From Alloascoidea hylecoeti (lineage: Eukaryota), in contig BCKZ01000022.1 of NCBI GenBank assembly GCA_001600815.1, forward strand, positions 214,982 through 278,981: 64,000 nucleotides of DNA, read 5' to 3'. Position numbers and translations under genes: made by a program. Positions 60,987 through 64,000 of the stretch are shown here, piece after piece. Every line of letters begins with the position of its first letter. The stretch's first letter is position 1. Below the pieces are notes generated by a model that was given only the letters and a program-made list of their open reading frames with translations, ran no database searches and was not told where the DNA came from.

Positions 60987-61326
60987 TAACTGGTTTTAAT
61001 TGCTTTGGCATTGATGCGATGAGTTGCGCTCTCAAAAAAAAAAAAGATTTATCTGGTTGACCCCATAACTTTTTTGTACTTCTGAAAGGCGATCCTTCAC
61101 CATCTTGACACTACCTTTCATTATATGGTTGGGTAGTTTTTTTTTTTTGGCAGGTCACTTTTGGCTTGTACCAGAGTTAACGTTCGCCACAATAAAAAGT
61201 GGTGTCAAGATGGTAAGGGGTTGGCTTTCAGAAATAGCACTGTCAGAGTTATGGGATGGGTTCGACCAATATTTTTTTGACAAGCGCAACTCATCGCATT
61301 CATGCCAAAGGGATTGAGGCTAGTTA
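60987..61326. mobile_element. Degenerate foldback / MITE-like element
   Basis: Nested inverted blocks: 61014-61030 with 61283-61299 (17 bp perfect), 61081-61088 with 61225-61232, and 61099-61111 with 61202-61214 (13 bp perfect). No target-site duplication identified. Confidence 0.6.
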
Positions 61327-61818
61327 CAGCAGCAAAATTAAAGGAGGTCACATTGTCTACTGGAATTGTCTCTGGTGATACTTACTACTTAGACAGGTTA
61401 CATTATATTTAGTAATATATTTCCTTAAGGATTTCTCCTTTGTTCAAGATTTTATGTTTAATTGTATGTTTTTCAGATCAATATATTAATACGTATATAA
61501 ATTTTAAGTTGTAGCTCAACTTCCGGCCGTCCACTATACAACTACTAGTTCCTACGTCTACTTCCTGCTACTGTTTAAAAATAACAATAATAATTAGAAG
61601 TACTACTGTGAATGTAATTCTATGGTGCCTTAGTTGATGTTCCCCCCAACCCCGATTAGGGTATTCATTCGATCCATCCCTAGTATTTGGATATACCCGT
61701 AGTTTAAACCTTGCAACTTCCGGGTACGGGTGATTTTTCTGAGCTTACAAAACATGAAAACTAATTGGTGGTGATTTATCGTGGTGATTCATCATACCCA
61801 CCAAAAAGCACACATACT

Positions 61819-62484
61819 ATGCCATGCATTATCAAAGAAGCGGTGGATAAACCAACTTCTGCTGTTATATTCTTACACGGTCTTGGTGATTCTCCATTAG
61901 GTTGGGTCTTTTTAGCAGAAACAGCTCGTCGATCGAATCGGTTAAGGCACGTGAGATTTGTTTTCCCCGAAGCCCCTCAACAACCATTAACATTAAATTA
62001 TGGAATGGTTTTAAGTTGTTGGTATGATATAATTGCATTAAGTAATGTTCATGAAAATGAAGATGAAGATGGAATTTTAAGGAGTTATGAGATATTAAAA
62101 AATTTAATTCAAGAAGTTCATGAATCTGGTATAAAAATGGAGAATATTGTAATTGCTGGTTTTAGTCAAGGTTGTGCTTTAACATTATTATCTGCTCATA
62201 CATTAAATTTTAAAATTGGTGGATTTATTGGATTAAGTGGTTATACTCCATTACCAAATTATTGTCAAAAACATTCATCAGTAAAAAATTTAAATACACC
62301 TACTTTAATAATTCATGGACAAAAAGATCAAGCTATTATACCTGATTTAGCACATCAATCACTTGAATTATTAAAAGAAAAAGGTTTTAATAATGTTTCT
62401 TTGACGCTTTATTTAAATTTAACACATTCGGCTAATCCTGAAGAAACAGAGGCGATACTTTCATTTTTAGAATCAATTATATAA
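61819..62484 (+). CDS. Acyl-protein thioesterase / lysophospholipase (APT1, YLR118C-like)
   Basis: VIFLHGLGDS, FVFPEAP, WYDI, GFSQG nucleophile, HGQKD and the catalytic His in THS; ATG at 61819. Confidence 0.92.
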   Translation: MPCIIKEAVDKPTSAVIFLHGLGDSPLGWVFLAETARRSNRLRHVRFVFPEAPQQPLTLNYGMVLSCWYDIIALSNVHENEDEDGILRSYEILKNLIQEVHESGIKMENIVIAGFSQGCALTLLSAHTLNFKIGGFIGLSGYTPLPNYCQKHSSVKNLNTPTLIIHGQKDQAIIPDLAHQSLELLKEKGFNNVSLTLYLNLTHSANPEETEAILSFLESII

Positions 62485-64000
62485 ATTATTGGATTATTAT
62501 TGGTTACAACGCAATTGATGATTTTTTGAAAAGTGTTTTAAATTGAAGATTTTTATAATATTAACGTTAAATATTGATGAATCAAACAAGAAACATTGCT
62601 ATATTTGCTAGTTTATAGTTAATTTTAACGTCAGGTCAATTGCAAGAAATCGAGGAAGATTAAAGGATCGAGAAGCCCAAAATTATTACATTAATTTCAA
62701 ATACGAATTCCAAGCCCACCAATAAATAAATATAAATTATTCTATAGTATTAATAAAATCTACTTAATCTCATCAATTTGATAATATATTTTTGTTTTGT
62801 AAATATTGTTATCGTGTGAGCTCAAGTGTTCTTCTACGATGTAAATTTAGCGTATATTAATATCAGAGCTCACTAACTCTAAAGTTTAAACGTAATTTCA
62901 AATATGACTCGATTTGCTCAAAAGGGTCATATAAGTTTCATATGATACCCCTTAAGTTCATAAAATAGTTTAATGTCTCTCTAATGCGAGCGCCGTAATA
63001 AAGTAGGAGGATTTATGAGGTTTAAAATTTGTGGAACTAACCCCAAAATGCGAAAGAAGAGTTGCAACCCAAAAGTTCTTTCTTTCTCTTTTACAACTAC
63101 CAAATTATAATCAGTAATTAAAATAGCATTACAAGGACTACTCTAAAAAAAAACGAAACGGAGGAAAGGAACAAGCTCATAATCTTTAGATCTACTGTTG
63201 AATTCAAAGAGTAAAACAAATATGTGATTGTGTAAATACTAAACACTAAATAGGCCCATAGTTATAGGATCCTCGAGCTCTTTAAATAAGATCTTCAACT
63301 TGGTTCTCTTCATAACTTTACACGTTTTATGACATTGATTAATAATCCTAGCGCTAGCGCTAGTTTTGTTTGTTTTAATAATATTTTGTATTCTTACTTT
63401 TTCCTATAGATAGTTCAATATATTAATGTTAACAATATATTCATCAACTATGTAACTATGGTGATGTAGGAAAAATTTAATTTTAAAATTAATATCAATT
63501 CCAGCTTATTACAGTTACGAACCCATGCATATGGATTATTTATAATGGAATAACTAATCAATTAGCTATCAAGCTTAAAAGTAATAATAATTGAATGTAA
63601 CGACAGATTTGAAACCTAATTAATTAGATTTGAAACCAATTAATAGTTCCAATTCCTAATTAACATACCGATCGCAAGCTTGAAATTGTTGAAGGGGTTT
63701 AAATTTTGAAATACGTACGTAATTACGTGTAACGCGTATAATTCCCAACATAAGAGAGGTTGACACACGGTTGAAAGTTGGAATATGAATCTGTTTTACG
63801 TACGAACTTCGAAGTTACTACCAAGTTGTACCAACGGTTTTAAAACCTTGTAATTGCAATTGTAATTGTAATTGTTTCAAGTTTGTTTTTATAAGTTTTT
63901 TGTTTATTATTGGCGAATATTTATTACTTACAAATTTACAATTGAGTTTATAAATCTATGAAAGCTAATTGAACTGCAAAATACAGTTTCTTAGAGATTC

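Noticed and set aside
63348..63363. CTAGCGCTAGCGCTAG palindrome and nearby TACGTA repeats
   Set aside because: Short low-complexity palindromes with no supporting context.

Overview
AT-rich, intron-containing genomic DNA from an ascomycete yeast (Saccharomycotina; frequent short introns with GTAAGT/GTATGT donors and YTAAY branch points suggest an early-branching lineage, which is inference). Sixteen intact-looking protein genes: RAD50 (5' end outside the window), an LCAT-like alpha/beta hydrolase, a PDR-type ABC transporter, a YggS/PLPBP protein, RIM101/PacC, RSR1, SEC14, BUD2, FOL1, GIS2, an RTC4-like gene, a half-size single-domain VPS10 receptor, MAF1, a FAM32A-like gene, IPP1 and CTF18, plus an acyl-protein thioesterase near the right end. 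The long intergenic spacers are not empty. They hold heavily decayed Ty1/copia, Tc1/mariner-like and LINE-like fragments, two RPA49 pseudogene pieces, two F-box/WD40 gene relics, an inverted duplicated nuclease-kinase-like pseudogene around a 400-N assembly gap, and several perfect or near-perfect hairpins. No tRNA, rRNA or CRISPR was seen. The most notable items are a spliced, possibly non-AUG-initiated mitochondrial presequence upstream of FOL1, the one-domain Vps10, the hairpin family around an F-box/WD40 relic, and an inverted repeat pair bracketing the SEC14-IPP1 block. I found no convincing complete novel system; all homology calls come from motif recognition by eye, not database searches.
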